25,224 bases of DNA from Candidatus Micrarchaeota archaeon (GTDB lineage: Archaea; Micrarchaeota; Micrarchaeia; Norongarragalinales; SBBD01): assembly GCA_038046605.1 (NCBI GenBank), contig JBBSVW010000068.1:1-25224 (forward strand), written 5' to 3'. The first letter of the stretch is position 1; each line of letters begins with the position of its first letter. The notes beneath the pieces are model-generated. The model was not told the DNA's origin. It saw only the letters and a list, made by a program, of their open reading frames with translations, and did not search any database. A program made the position numbers and the translations under genes. Of this stretch, positions 7,342-15,671 are shown in pieces.

Positions 7342-7665
7342 ATGGTTGAATTCGGGTATCTTGGAAACACCGTCCTGAATAGCGAATTTATTTTTGCACT
7401 AGCATTGCTAACCGGCATTCTTTGGGCAATAATGCGCGAGTGGCTTGGGAATGACAGTTTTTGGAGCGCCCTTGGGCTTTCATTCCTTGCAATAATTTTC
7501 CTTCCGGTGATGCTTTCTGCAATGGCATCGGGTTCGCTTTTCTTTCTCCTCCTAATTCTTGGGGGGCTCATGCTCTGCGATATTTTCAAATGGTCGCTAA
7601 CCACAAGCATAATTGTTGCCGTGCTCGCGTTGGTTTCGGCAACGATGATTCTGCCGCAATTTTAG
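7342..7665 (+). CDS. Small ~4-TM membrane protein, paralog 3
   Basis: 107 aa; clear paralog of 7005-7325. Confidence 0.75.
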   Translation: MVEFGYLGNTVLNSEFIFALALLTGILWAIMREWLGNDSFWSALGLSFLAIIFLPVMLSAMASGSLFFLLLILGGLMLCDIFKWSLTTSIIVAVLALVSATMILPQF

Positions 7666-7850
7666 TTTAAGTGGGAATAATTCGATGGGTAAAAAAAATT
7701 GGAAAAATTAATTGGATTTAAATATGTATGAGCGAATATACACCAATTTCGCCTCAAATCAACAAATTAAGGTAGATTTGTGCTTTAATTTTAAATTGGG
7801 GTTGTTTTCATGCTTTAATCCAAAGGAAAGGAAGGAGCAGATGTCACCGT

Positions 7851-7862
7851 TAGGTTTATAAG
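7851..7862 (+). promoter_or_regulatory. Candidate TATA box upstream of rpoP
   Basis: AGG-TTTATAA (TTTATAA at 7855-7861), about 60 nt before the rpoP start. Confidence 0.4.
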
Positions 7863-7918
7863 ATATGGTTACGATAAAAGTAGACCTTTGTAATTAGGGA
7901 TAGGTAGGTTTGAGGATT

Positions 7919-8044
7919 ATGTACAAATGCGGACGGTGTGGAAAGGAATTTGCAGAGCTAGAGTTCATCAGGTGCCCCGCGTGCGACAATAAAATCCTAT
8001 ATAAGACTACACCGCCGATTGTTCACAAAGTGAAATCGGAATAA
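7919..8044 (+). CDS. rpoP: DNA-directed RNA polymerase subunit P (Rpo12)
   Basis: Manual translation MYKCGRCGKEFAELEFIRCPACDNKILYKTTPPIVHKVKSE*; two CxxC pairs and RCPxC...ILYK motif; GAGG upstream. Below the ORF-track size cutoff. Confidence 0.92.
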   Translation: MYKCGRCGKEFAELEFIRCPACDNKILYKTTPPIVHKVKSE

Positions 8045-8244
8045 ATTGCAAGGAATACGAATTTCCTTAAGTAAAAATATAATGCCGGGAATTTCGTTTT
8101 AGGAAGAAAAAAGGATATTTTCTTCTTTGGTAGGAAAAAATTTTACTCTAGAGATTTTTGTCGATGTTGGAATTTTTGAATTTATGGAAATAAAGGATAT
8201 CCAGGATTCATTTTTTTTAAGCAAAATATTGTTTACGTGATGAT

Positions 8245-9216
8245 ATGGGCAAGCATGGACCAAGGCGCGGATCAGTAGCTTACTGGCATCGAAGCCGGGC
8301 GGCAAGGCTGGTTCCCCGCGTGAAATCCTGGAGCAATACGGGCAAGGGGCTTCAGGGATTCCTTGCATACAAGGCAGGGATGGGACAAGTGCTCATGATT
8401 GAGGATTCCGAATCACCCTTCAAGAATCAGGAGGTAACCAAGGCGGTTACAGTGCTCGAGGTGCCTCCGCTTTATGTTTACGCGGTTACCGCATACGAAT
8501 CAACTGATTACGGAAACAGGAAGGTTGCGGAAATTCCAGCACTTAATGCCCCAAAGGAGTTAAAGCGCTCTTTAACAGTTGCAAAGAAGGCTAAAGTCAA
8601 TTTCGAGAGCCTTCATGCCATGAAACTTTCCGATGTCCGCGTAATCGTTTCATCCCAGCCTTGGAAAGCAGGATTCAAAAAAACCCCCGAAATGGCCGAA
8701 ATCGCCCTATCCGGCAAGGACGCACTTGAAAAGCTCACATTTGCCAAGGAAATCCTGGGCAAGGAAGTGAAGGTTTCCGATGTTTTTTCAGATGGGGATT
8801 GGATTGATACTATTGCAGTTACAAAAGGCAAAGGCTGGCAGGGAATTGTCAAGAGGTTTGGAGTGGCACTTGGGCCACATAAGGCAACCCAGAGAAGGAG
8901 GCGAGGAGGCTCAATTGGGCCGGAAACGCAGGGGAAAGTCATGTACACAATTCCTAGGGCTGGGCAGATGGGATTCCATCGCAGAACTGAGAGCAACAAG
9001 CGAATCCTGAAGGTTGGCGAGGCTTCCAAATCAAAGGAAGTGACGCCCGCAAGCGGCTTTGTTGATTTTGGGATCCTCAAGGCGGATTATCTGGTAATTG
9101 AGGGTAGTTTGCAAGGACCGGAAAAGCGGGTCATTTTCCTTAGGAGGAATTACGAGAAGAAGGTGCAAAAGAAGGCGGATATCCGCAAAATGCTCTTCAA
9201 TCAAAAAGCGGCATGA
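8245..9216 (+). CDS. rpl3: 50S ribosomal protein uL3
   Basis: GPRRGS, GFLAYKAGM, TKGKGWQGIVKRFG and RAGQMGFHRRTE motifs. Confidence 0.97.
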   Translation: MGKHGPRRGSVAYWHRSRAARLVPRVKSWSNTGKGLQGFLAYKAGMGQVLMIEDSESPFKNQEVTKAVTVLEVPPLYVYAVTAYESTDYGNRKVAEIPALNAPKELKRSLTVAKKAKVNFESLHAMKLSDVRVIVSSQPWKAGFKKTPEMAEIALSGKDALEKLTFAKEILGKEVKVSDVFSDGDWIDTIAVTKGKGWQGIVKRFGVALGPHKATQRRRRGGSIGPETQGKVMYTIPRAGQMGFHRRTESNKRILKVGEASKSKEVTPASGFVDFGILKADYLVIEGSLQGPEKRVIFLRRNYEKKVQKKADIRKMLFNQKAA

Positions 9217-9333
9217 ATAGGATATTATTCGGAGTGAAATTGAAAGGATGCATATAGCGAAAATTAAAGTGGATAGGCGGATAAGCATTTGGCATATTCC
9301 GCTTCAATACGAAATAATTATTTTGTGATAAGG

Positions 9334-10137
9334 ATGAACGCAAAGGTTTTAGGGTTGGATGGGAAGGGCGAGAGGCAAATCGAGCTTCCGCCCCAGTTCC
9401 AAGCCGAGCTTCGGGGGGATGTTGTCAGGAGGGCATTCCTCTCTGAACGCAGCATGTTATTGCAGCCAAAGGGTTCTTTCCCAATGGCCGGGCTTCAAAC
9501 TACTGCCGAGTACTACGGAAGAAGGCACGCTTGGAGGCAAACAATCAACACAGGCAGGAGCAGGCTTCCGCGGGAAAAGATACCCAAGGGCAGAAGTGGA
9601 AGAGTGCTTCGAGTTCCCCATGCTGCTAAAGGAAGAAGGGCGCATCCGCCAAAGGCTGCAAAAATAATTATTGAACGGATCAACCTAAAGGAAAAGTTCC
9701 TGGCCCTTAGGAGCGCAATCACGGCAACAGCCAATATCACCCTTGTAAAGGAGCACGGCCACGCATTTGATGGAATTACCCTTCCAATAATCATTGACAA
9801 TGCCTTTGAGAGCATCAAAAAGGCAAAGGAGGCAAAGGGCATCCTTGAAAAAATCGGCACCGGCATGGATTTGGAGCGCGCAGCCTACAGGCGCCGCATG
9901 AGGTCGGGCAGGGCAAGGCTTAGGAAGGGAGGATACCTAACACCAAAGAGCGTTTTGATAGTTGTTGGGAGTGATAACGGCATCTGGAAGGCTGCTAGGA
10001 ACATTGCCGGAGTTGATGTTTGCAAGGTGGAAGAATTGAGCGCCGAACTCCTGGCGCCGGGCGGGGAGATGGGAAGGCTCACGGTTTGGACGGAAAACGC
10101 AATTGCAAAACTATCAAAGGAAAATCTTTTCATGTGA
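9334..10137 (+). CDS. rpl4: 50S ribosomal protein uL4
   Basis: KGRRAHPPK, ARNIAGVDV, LLAPGGEMGRLTVWTE; ATG at 9334 preferred over upstream TTG. Confidence 0.96.
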   Translation: MNAKVLGLDGKGERQIELPPQFQAELRGDVVRRAFLSERSMLLQPKGSFPMAGLQTTAEYYGRRHAWRQTINTGRSRLPREKIPKGRSGRVLRVPHAAKGRRAHPPKAAKIIIERINLKEKFLALRSAITATANITLVKEHGHAFDGITLPIIIDNAFESIKKAKEAKGILEKIGTGMDLERAAYRRRMRSGRARLRKGGYLTPKSVLIVVGSDNGIWKAARNIAGVDVCKVEELSAELLAPGGEMGRLTVWTENAIAKLSKENLFM

Positions 10138-10142
10138 TTCAT

Positions 10143-10391
10143 ATGGCAATACTTTACGCATTGACAACCGAAAAATCAGCCGCCATGATCGAACGCGACA
10201 ACAAGATGGTGTTCATAGTGGAGGCCAATGCAACAAAAACAATTGTTGCGCAGGAAGTCCTAAAGACATGGGGCGAAAAGGTCAGCCAGGTACGCACAAT
10301 CAATGGCGCAAATGGGAAGAAAAAAGCAATTGTGAAATTTGTCCGAAAAGGCGCCGCTGCGGATGTCGCGGCAAAGCTAAAGCTCATTTAA
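10143..10391 (+). CDS. rpl23: 50S ribosomal protein uL23
   Basis: TTEKS...ERDNKMVFIV...ATK...GKKKAIVK; ATG at 10143; conserved position between rpl4 and rpl2. Confidence 0.95.
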   Translation: MAILYALTTEKSAAMIERDNKMVFIVEANATKTIVAQEVLKTWGEKVSQVRTINGANGKKKAIVKFVRKGAAADVAAKLKLI

Positions 10392-10401
10392 GTGAAAATA
10401 T

Positions 10402-11148
10402 ATGGGTACAGTATTGATATCGCAAAAGAGGGGCAAGGGAGGGCCAATTTACCTGACCCCCAAGCACAGGTTTACCTCGAATGCGAAATATACCGCTTTC
10501 CCAACTGAAAAAACGCGCGGCGAAGTTTTGGAATTCATTCTTGACCCGTCAAAGGATGTCCCCCTTGCAAGAATCCTCCTTGAAAATAAGAAGGAACTTT
10601 ACCTGCTTGCAGCAGAAGGGATGCGAAAGGGCCAAATATTGCAGTTTGGAAAGGATGCGGATTTGGCTATTGGATCCGTCACCACCCTGGATAAAATCCC
10701 GGATTCGTCAGCGGTTTTCAATGTGGAGCTCCAGCCAAATGATGGGGGGAAATTCGCACGCACTTCGGGCGCATTTGCCACAATTGTTTCGCACGATGAG
10801 GATACCGGCGTTGTCGATATAAAATTATCATCCAAGAGGGTCATGTCCCTTGGAAAGGATTGCAGGGCAACCCTTGGAATAGCAGCAGGAGGCGGAAGGA
10901 CAGAAAAACCACTCAAAAAGGCAGGGACTGCGCATTACAAGTGGCACTCCAGGAACAAGCACTGGCCAATTGTTCGGGGAGGGGCAATGTCGGCTTACGA
11001 TCACCCACATGGAGGAAAGAGCTTTGGAAAATCATCCATGAGGAAGAGGGGAACCCCGCCAGGGCATTACGTTGGCCACAGGGCAGCTAGCAGGGTGGGC
11101 CGGAAGCAGGGCAAGTCAGTTGTGCAAAAAACGGAGAAGAAAAAGTAA
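10402..11148 (+). CDS. rpl2: 50S ribosomal protein uL2
   Basis: QKRGKG, NVELQPNDGGKFARTSG, AGGGRTEKPLKKAG, WPIVRGGAMSAYDHPHGG. Confidence 0.97.
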   Translation: MGTVLISQKRGKGGPIYLTPKHRFTSNAKYTAFPTEKTRGEVLEFILDPSKDVPLARILLENKKELYLLAAEGMRKGQILQFGKDADLAIGSVTTLDKIPDSSAVFNVELQPNDGGKFARTSGAFATIVSHDEDTGVVDIKLSSKRVMSLGKDCRATLGIAAGGGRTEKPLKKAGTAHYKWHSRNKHWPIVRGGAMSAYDHPHGGKSFGKSSMRKRGTPPGHYVGHRAASRVGRKQGKSVVQKTEKKK

Positions 11149-11251
11149 AGCAACAATCAATATGGGATACACAATAAAAGGGATGGAAAAATAAATGTTG
11201 GTGGCAAACAAAGTTCACATGCCTCCAATTGTTTTTTAGGTGCGATAAAAA

Positions 11252-11635
11252 ATGGCAAAGAAATTCACATATAAGGGTTTGGAAGCAGAGGAGCTAAGGA
11301 GGATGCCCCTGGATAAGTTCATGATCCTAATCCCAAGCAAAATTCGGCGAAGCATGAAGCATATGGCCTCAAAAATGAGGAAGTTCATCGAAAAGCTGCG
11401 CAAGACCGATCCAAAAAAACCCATGAGGACGCACCTTAGGGAAATGGTCATTATTCCCGAGATGATGGACAGGAGATTCCAGGTGTACAACGGCAAGGAC
11501 TGGATCGACATGTCGGTTACCATCCAGATGCTTGGAAGGCGGCTTGGGGAATTTTCCATCCCAATCAAGATGGTCAAGCATTCCGGGCCAGGTATCGGGG
11601 CAACTAGGGGTTCGAAGTCGGTTGAATTGAAGTAG
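11252..11635 (+). CDS. rps19: 30S ribosomal protein uS19
   Basis: FTYKG, RTHLREMVIIPEM, VYNGK, LGEFS, HSGPGIGATRGS. Confidence 0.97.
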   Translation: MAKKFTYKGLEAEELRRMPLDKFMILIPSKIRRSMKHMASKMRKFIEKLRKTDPKKPMRTHLREMVIIPEMMDRRFQVYNGKDWIDMSVTIQMLGRRLGEFSIPIKMVKHSGPGIGATRGSKSVELK

Positions 11636-11740
11636 AAAAAAAATATGCAATAAATGGAATATGCAGCATGGAGGCTGGTTTGAATGGCGTATTTTCGCCC
11701 AATCAGCCAACAATATGAAAAAAAATAACGTGGAAAGAAT

Positions 11741-12295
11741 ATGGCATTGTATGAGTTTTCATTCAAGGTTCAAGATGAGCGGGAAGTAGCGCGCTCGCAG
11801 GCCTACGATCTGGATGCAAGCTACAAGGACTTGACAAACGTGATGGCGGAAATGAAGGGCAAGACCATCAAGGAGGCAAGGGCCATGCTTGAGGAATGCA
11901 TTTCAATGAAAAAGCCAATCCGCTACCGCAAGTTTGCAACCAGGCTAGGGCACAGGTCGCAGCTTGGGGGAAGGAAGGGAAGGTTCCCAAAAAAGGAGGC
12001 GAAAATTGCCCTGACTCTTCTTCGCAATGCGGAGGGGAATGCGAATTTCAAGGGGCTTCCGATGGAAAAACTAGTTGTTCGGCAGGGCGCGGCGTACAAG
12101 CAAAATACGATGAGGAGGTATAGGCAGCATTTTGGTTCTTCAATTACACTGGGATATGGGAAGCAGGCGCTTTGGGCAAGCTACGAAACATGCAGGGCAG
12201 AATTAGTGCTTGCCGTTGAAAGCGAAAAATACCTGCTAAAAAAGGTAAAGCGGGCAAAGAAGGATGAAAAGAGGGCTGAAAAGGCAAAGAAATGA
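11741..12295 (+). CDS. rpl22: 50S ribosomal protein uL22
   Basis: SYK, GHR...GRFPKK, LLRNAEGNANFKGL; conserved position after rps19. Confidence 0.94.
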   Translation: MALYEFSFKVQDEREVARSQAYDLDASYKDLTNVMAEMKGKTIKEARAMLEECISMKKPIRYRKFATRLGHRSQLGGRKGRFPKKEAKIALTLLRNAEGNANFKGLPMEKLVVRQGAAYKQNTMRRYRQHFGSSITLGYGKQALWASYETCRAELVLAVESEKYLLKKVKRAKKDEKRAEKAKK

Positions 12296-12443
12296 ATGGA
12301 TGGAGAAATAAGGAATGATGGACAACAATAAAGATTGGAAAATGAAAAAACTGGAATAAATAATAATTTGAAAATCGGTCAAAAGGAAAAACTGGAATAT
12401 AAAAATTAAATTGGAAAAAAATATTTTATTGGTGATTTTGTAA

Positions 12444-13319
12444 GTGGCAACTGAAAAGAAATTCCTGGCAAAGGCTCTTCACGATTACATGATCAAGGCA
12501 TATTTGGAAGGGGAGCTTAGGAATGCGGGAGTTTCCACAATCCAGATCCAAAAAACGCCCTTGGCCACAAGGATTGCCATCCGTGTCAAGAGGCCTTCGA
12601 TGGTCATTGGAAAGAAGGGGGCAACCGTTAAGGCAATTACTGAAAAACTTGAGAAGGATTTTGGAGTGGATAACCCGCAGCTGGATATCATTGAAGTTGA
12701 AAACCCCAACCTGGATGCGAAACTGGTGGCGGAAAAAATTGCGCGCCAAATCGAAATTGAGGGCAACATGAAGCAGATCATGCGGATAAACCTTCGCGAT
12801 GTTGTGGAATCGGGCGCCATTGGAGTGGAGATTATAGTTTCCGGAAAGGTCGTTGGGAAGGGCGGGAAGGCCAAGGCGCTTCGCATGAGGAAGGGTTTCC
12901 TGAAAAAATCAGGTGAGCTAAAGAAGTTAATTGACACGGCAAAATCAACGGCCTATTTGAAGGCAGGTGCAATTGGAGTGACAGTTAAGATCGTGCACCC
13001 CGGAACGATATTCCCGGATGCAATCAACATTGATTATGATAAAATCAGGGCAATGTCTGCGCAGGGCGATACGCCTTTAGCAGTGGATGTGCCAGTTCAG
13101 GATGAGGCCGCAAGGTTTGCAGAGCTTAGGATGAAGGAAATTGAGAAAGCCAAGGCGGAAGCCAAGGCCAAGGCGGAGCGGAGGAGGAAGTTCGTAAAGC
13201 CGGTCAAGAAAAAGCCGGCATACGAGGCGGAAAACCTGATCAAGAGCGCGGAAATCATAACCGGCGAAAAGCCAAAGAACATGCCTGAGGCGAAGCAGGA
13301 AGGAAAGCCAACAGCGTAA
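12444..13319 (+). CDS. rps3: 30S ribosomal protein uS3 with long charged C-terminal tail
   Basis: GTG start; KH domain (KTPLATRI...RPSMVIGKKG), NPNLDAKLVA, GAIGVEIIVSGK, GAIGVTVKI. Confidence 0.96.
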   Translation: MATEKKFLAKALHDYMIKAYLEGELRNAGVSTIQIQKTPLATRIAIRVKRPSMVIGKKGATVKAITEKLEKDFGVDNPQLDIIEVENPNLDAKLVAEKIARQIEIEGNMKQIMRINLRDVVESGAIGVEIIVSGKVVGKGGKAKALRMRKGFLKKSGELKKLIDTAKSTAYLKAGAIGVTVKIVHPGTIFPDAINIDYDKIRAMSAQGDTPLAVDVPVQDEAARFAELRMKEIEKAKAEAKAKAERRRKFVKPVKKKPAYEAENLIKSAEIITGEKPKNMPEAKQEGKPTA

Positions 13320-13426
13320 TTCAATAAAATAGAATTTGGGGAAAACAAGGATGGGAATGCAAAATTGGCAAAAATCCAAAACTTTAAAATCTCAAAAATA
13401 TCATTTCAACAAGGTTTGAAAACAAT

Positions 13427-13630
13427 ATGGCAATCATCAAGAAGAAGGACTTGAAGGCACTTGGAGTCGATGAGCTCAAAGTTAAGCTCACCGAAACGGA
13501 AAGCTCCTTAAGGGAGGAAACTGCAAACATCAAATCAGGCAGGAGGCAAAAGGTAATCAAGTACAAGCCTCTTCGGAAACTCCGAGCCCGCATTAAAACA
13601 CTGCTTAAGCAAAAAGGAGTAGTCACCTAA
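13427..13630 (+). CDS. rpl29: 50S ribosomal protein uL29
   Basis: 67-aa basic helical protein ending LRKLRARIKT; conserved position after rps3. Confidence 0.92.
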   Translation: MAIIKKKDLKALGVDELKVKLTETESSLREETANIKSGRRQKVIKYKPLRKLRARIKTLLKQKGVVT

Positions 13631-13737
13631 TAGCATATAAGTAGAACGAGTAAAGGATAAATTTATCGCATATACCTAAAATTACCATATTATTGATGCA
13701 TTTTCGCATTTTTACAATATTTTTGCCTTCCATTAAC

Positions 13738-13752
13738 AAAATATATTTAAAC
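13738..13752 (+). promoter_or_regulatory. Candidate BRE/TATA promoter for SUI1
   Basis: AAAATATATTTAAA about 45 nt upstream of the SUI1 ATG. Confidence 0.4.
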
Positions 13753-13795
13753 CCCGGCGGGTATATTCATCCATTCATTAAAGAGGAAACACCTG

Positions 13796-14101
13796 ATGTC
13801 TGAGATTTGTCCAAAGTGCGGCCTTCCTATTGATATCCATGCCTGCGATGAGCTGGCAAAGGCATCCGTTGCACAAATCCGCGTCTATACGACCAAATCA
13901 AGATACCAGAAGCTAGTTACTATTGTGGAAGGGCTAAAAGGCGAGGAATTGGAGAGCACTACAAAAGAACTCAAGCATAAGCTTGCCTGCGGCGGCACCC
14001 ATAAGGATGGGATGATCGTGCTCCAGGGCGACCATAAGATGAGGACTGCTGAACATTTGGTTAAGCTTGGGTATTCGAAGGATGTGATTAAGCTGAATTA
14101 G
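13796..14101 (+). CDS. Translation initiation factor SUI1/aIF1
   Basis: ICPKCGLP...C zinc knuckle, KLVTIVEG, LKHKLACGGT, IVLQGDH; canonical position after rpl29. Confidence 0.95.
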   Translation: MSEICPKCGLPIDIHACDELAKASVAQIRVYTTKSRYQKLVTIVEGLKGEELESTTKELKHKLACGGTHKDGMIVLQGDHKMRTAEHLVKLGYSKDVIKLN

Positions 14102-14739
14102 GCTATACCTGGCTTTTCTATTTTATAATGGTCTTCGCCCCAGAATACTTCCTTCTTTTTCTCAAATTTCCAGCCGTTTTTTACGCAAATCCTAACCAAT
14201 TCCCTGGCTAATCTTTTTTCTTTAATAGGGTCAGGCTCTAATGGCACATATCTATTTTGCCTCCTAGAATCATAAAAGACTGGTTTTAACCAAACCGGAA
14301 GACTATGGAAAAAACCTAAATTAACGGCTGCAGTGATTGCCCTTGCTCTGGCGCCAGCATATTTTGTATGAAGTGCTCTTGGAAGTCGCTCGCCAGTAAA
14401 CTCTTTATCCATCGTAGTGATATAGTGGTGTTGAGGTGGTTCAACAATCAAATTTCCACGGGTTATCCTGTATGTTAAAGTCAACACTGCACCCCTGTTG
14501 TTAAAAGCAGGACCCCAAGATTGGACTCCGTAAGAAGCATTTACGAAGGAACCCATATGCTCAGTCCTTGGGAAAACAACGATTGAGCCGATAAAATTTG
14601 GATGTTGGGTATGTTGTGGCTTTTCGACAAGCGTTACCATTTTATTGTCCTTTAGGACGATCCATCCTCCAAAATCGGTCCCATCCTTCCAATTCTTCTG
14701 CCACGCCATTTTTGCTACTTCGATTGGCTGCAATATCAT
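14098..14739 (-). CDS. Hypothetical protein (start may be ATG 14709)
   Basis: 213-aa open frame filling the gap and overlapping the SUI1 stop by 4 nt; no recognised motif. Confidence 0.6.
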   Translation of the reverse strand: MILQPIEVAKMAWQKNWKDGTDFGGWIVLKDNKMVTLVEKPQHTQHPNFIGSIVVFPRTEHMGSFVNASYGVQSWGPAFNNRGAVLTLTYRITRGNLIVEPPQHHYITTMDKEFTGERLPRALHTKYAGARARAITAAVNLGFFHSLPVWLKPVFYDSRRQNRYVPLEPDPIKEKRLARELVRICVKNGWKFEKKKEVFWGEDHYKIEKPGIA

Positions 14740-14828
14740 ATGATGATAAAGACAATCTAAAGTTTCTTAATAACATCTTTGGTAAAAGTATCACTTTTTC
14801 ATTGAAGCATCTCATCCATTTTCACCTA

Positions 14829-14899
14829 TTTCCACCAAAAACCTTAAAAATAACCATTTTCATATAAATATGGTGGAATTATGTACGAAATGGTGGAAA
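14829..14899 (+). promoter_or_regulatory. Promoter and candidate autoregulatory operator of the TA operon
   Basis: BRE/TATA-like CAAAAACCTTAAAAA; TTCCACCA 14830-14837 inverted against ATGGTGGAA at 14870-14878 and 14890-14898. Confidence 0.55.
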
Positions 14900-15132
14900 A
14901 GGAAGTGGATAAGCAAAACCGCTTATTGCTGCCTAGGGAGTGGGTCCGCGAACTTTTCGGAAAAAGCAGGAAGGCATTTATCATCAAAACCAAGGACTCT
15001 GTGAAAATCATTCCAAGAAGCACACACAAGCTTTCGGATTTCTTTGATGAAGCTAAAGTAGACCATGAACTTGACCCGTTCAAGGATTATCATGGAGCAT
15101 TAGCAAAGGCGTCCCTTAGGGTGAAATGGTAG
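14881..15132 (+). CDS. AbrB/SpoVT/MazE-fold antitoxin (VapB-like)
   Basis: N-terminal 'KEVDKQNRLLLPREW' swapped-hairpin motif; directly upstream of a PIN toxin. Confidence 0.8.
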   Translation: MYEMVEKEVDKQNRLLLPREWVRELFGKSRKAFIIKTKDSVKIIPRSTHKLSDFFDEAKVDHELDPFKDYHGALAKASLRVKW

Positions 15133-15133
15133 G

Positions 15134-15550
15134 ATGAGATTTGTGGATGCGAACGTATTAATCTTAGCATATCATTTGAAGCCTCGATACACTTCTGACC
15201 AGGTTGAAATGAAGAAGCGGGCAAAGAACATCGCAATCAGGATAGACGAAGGAGAGGAAGTGGCGACTTCAGTAATTCAACTCTCCGAAGCTGCTAACGT
15301 GCTATCCCATGCATTTGAACCCCAAAAATTGAGCGTGCTATTAAAAGCGATGGCTACGAAGGAAAATCTCAAGATATTTGATTGCTCAAGGGAAGAGTAT
15401 TTGGCTGCAATTGAACAGTCGGAAGAAACGGGAGTTGGCGTAAACGACTGCCTGGCACACGTGCTGATGCTGGCAAATGGAATCACGGAAATATACTCGT
15501 TCGACAAGGATTTTGACAAGTTTTCGGATATTAAGAGGCTTGAGAAATAA
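15134..15550 (+). CDS. vapC: PIN-domain ribonuclease toxin
   Basis: FVDANV, SE, ND(CL) and IYSFDKDFD acidic PIN residues; 138 aa. Confidence 0.9.
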   Translation: MRFVDANVLILAYHLKPRYTSDQVEMKKRAKNIAIRIDEGEEVATSVIQLSEAANVLSHAFEPQKLSVLLKAMATKENLKIFDCSREEYLAAIEQSEETGVGVNDCLAHVLMLANGITEIYSFDKDFDKFSDIKRLEK

Positions 15551-15671
15551 CAAGAACCAAGAAAAGAAGCCCCTCGAATGTTTTATTACAAATTGTGGAA
15601 GAAATGCCCCATATCTTTTTTACAGCTTGAAAACCATATTTTTCCCGCATCATTTACCATTACTTCCTAAA

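Noticed and set aside
6939-7610. 223-aa minus-strand ORF and other long antisense ORFs (e.g. 8613..9080, 17577..18119, 23429..23995)
   Set aside because: Shadow frames opposite well-supported genes, without recognisable motifs.
2784-7665. Intact integrated element or provirus at the tRNA
   Set aside because: No integrase, transposase, replication or virion gene seen; only att-like remnants.
8050-8130. Hairpins in the rpoP-rpl3 spacer as an autoregulatory leader
   Set aside because: Stems are short and AT-rich with competing pairings; unsupported without comparative data.
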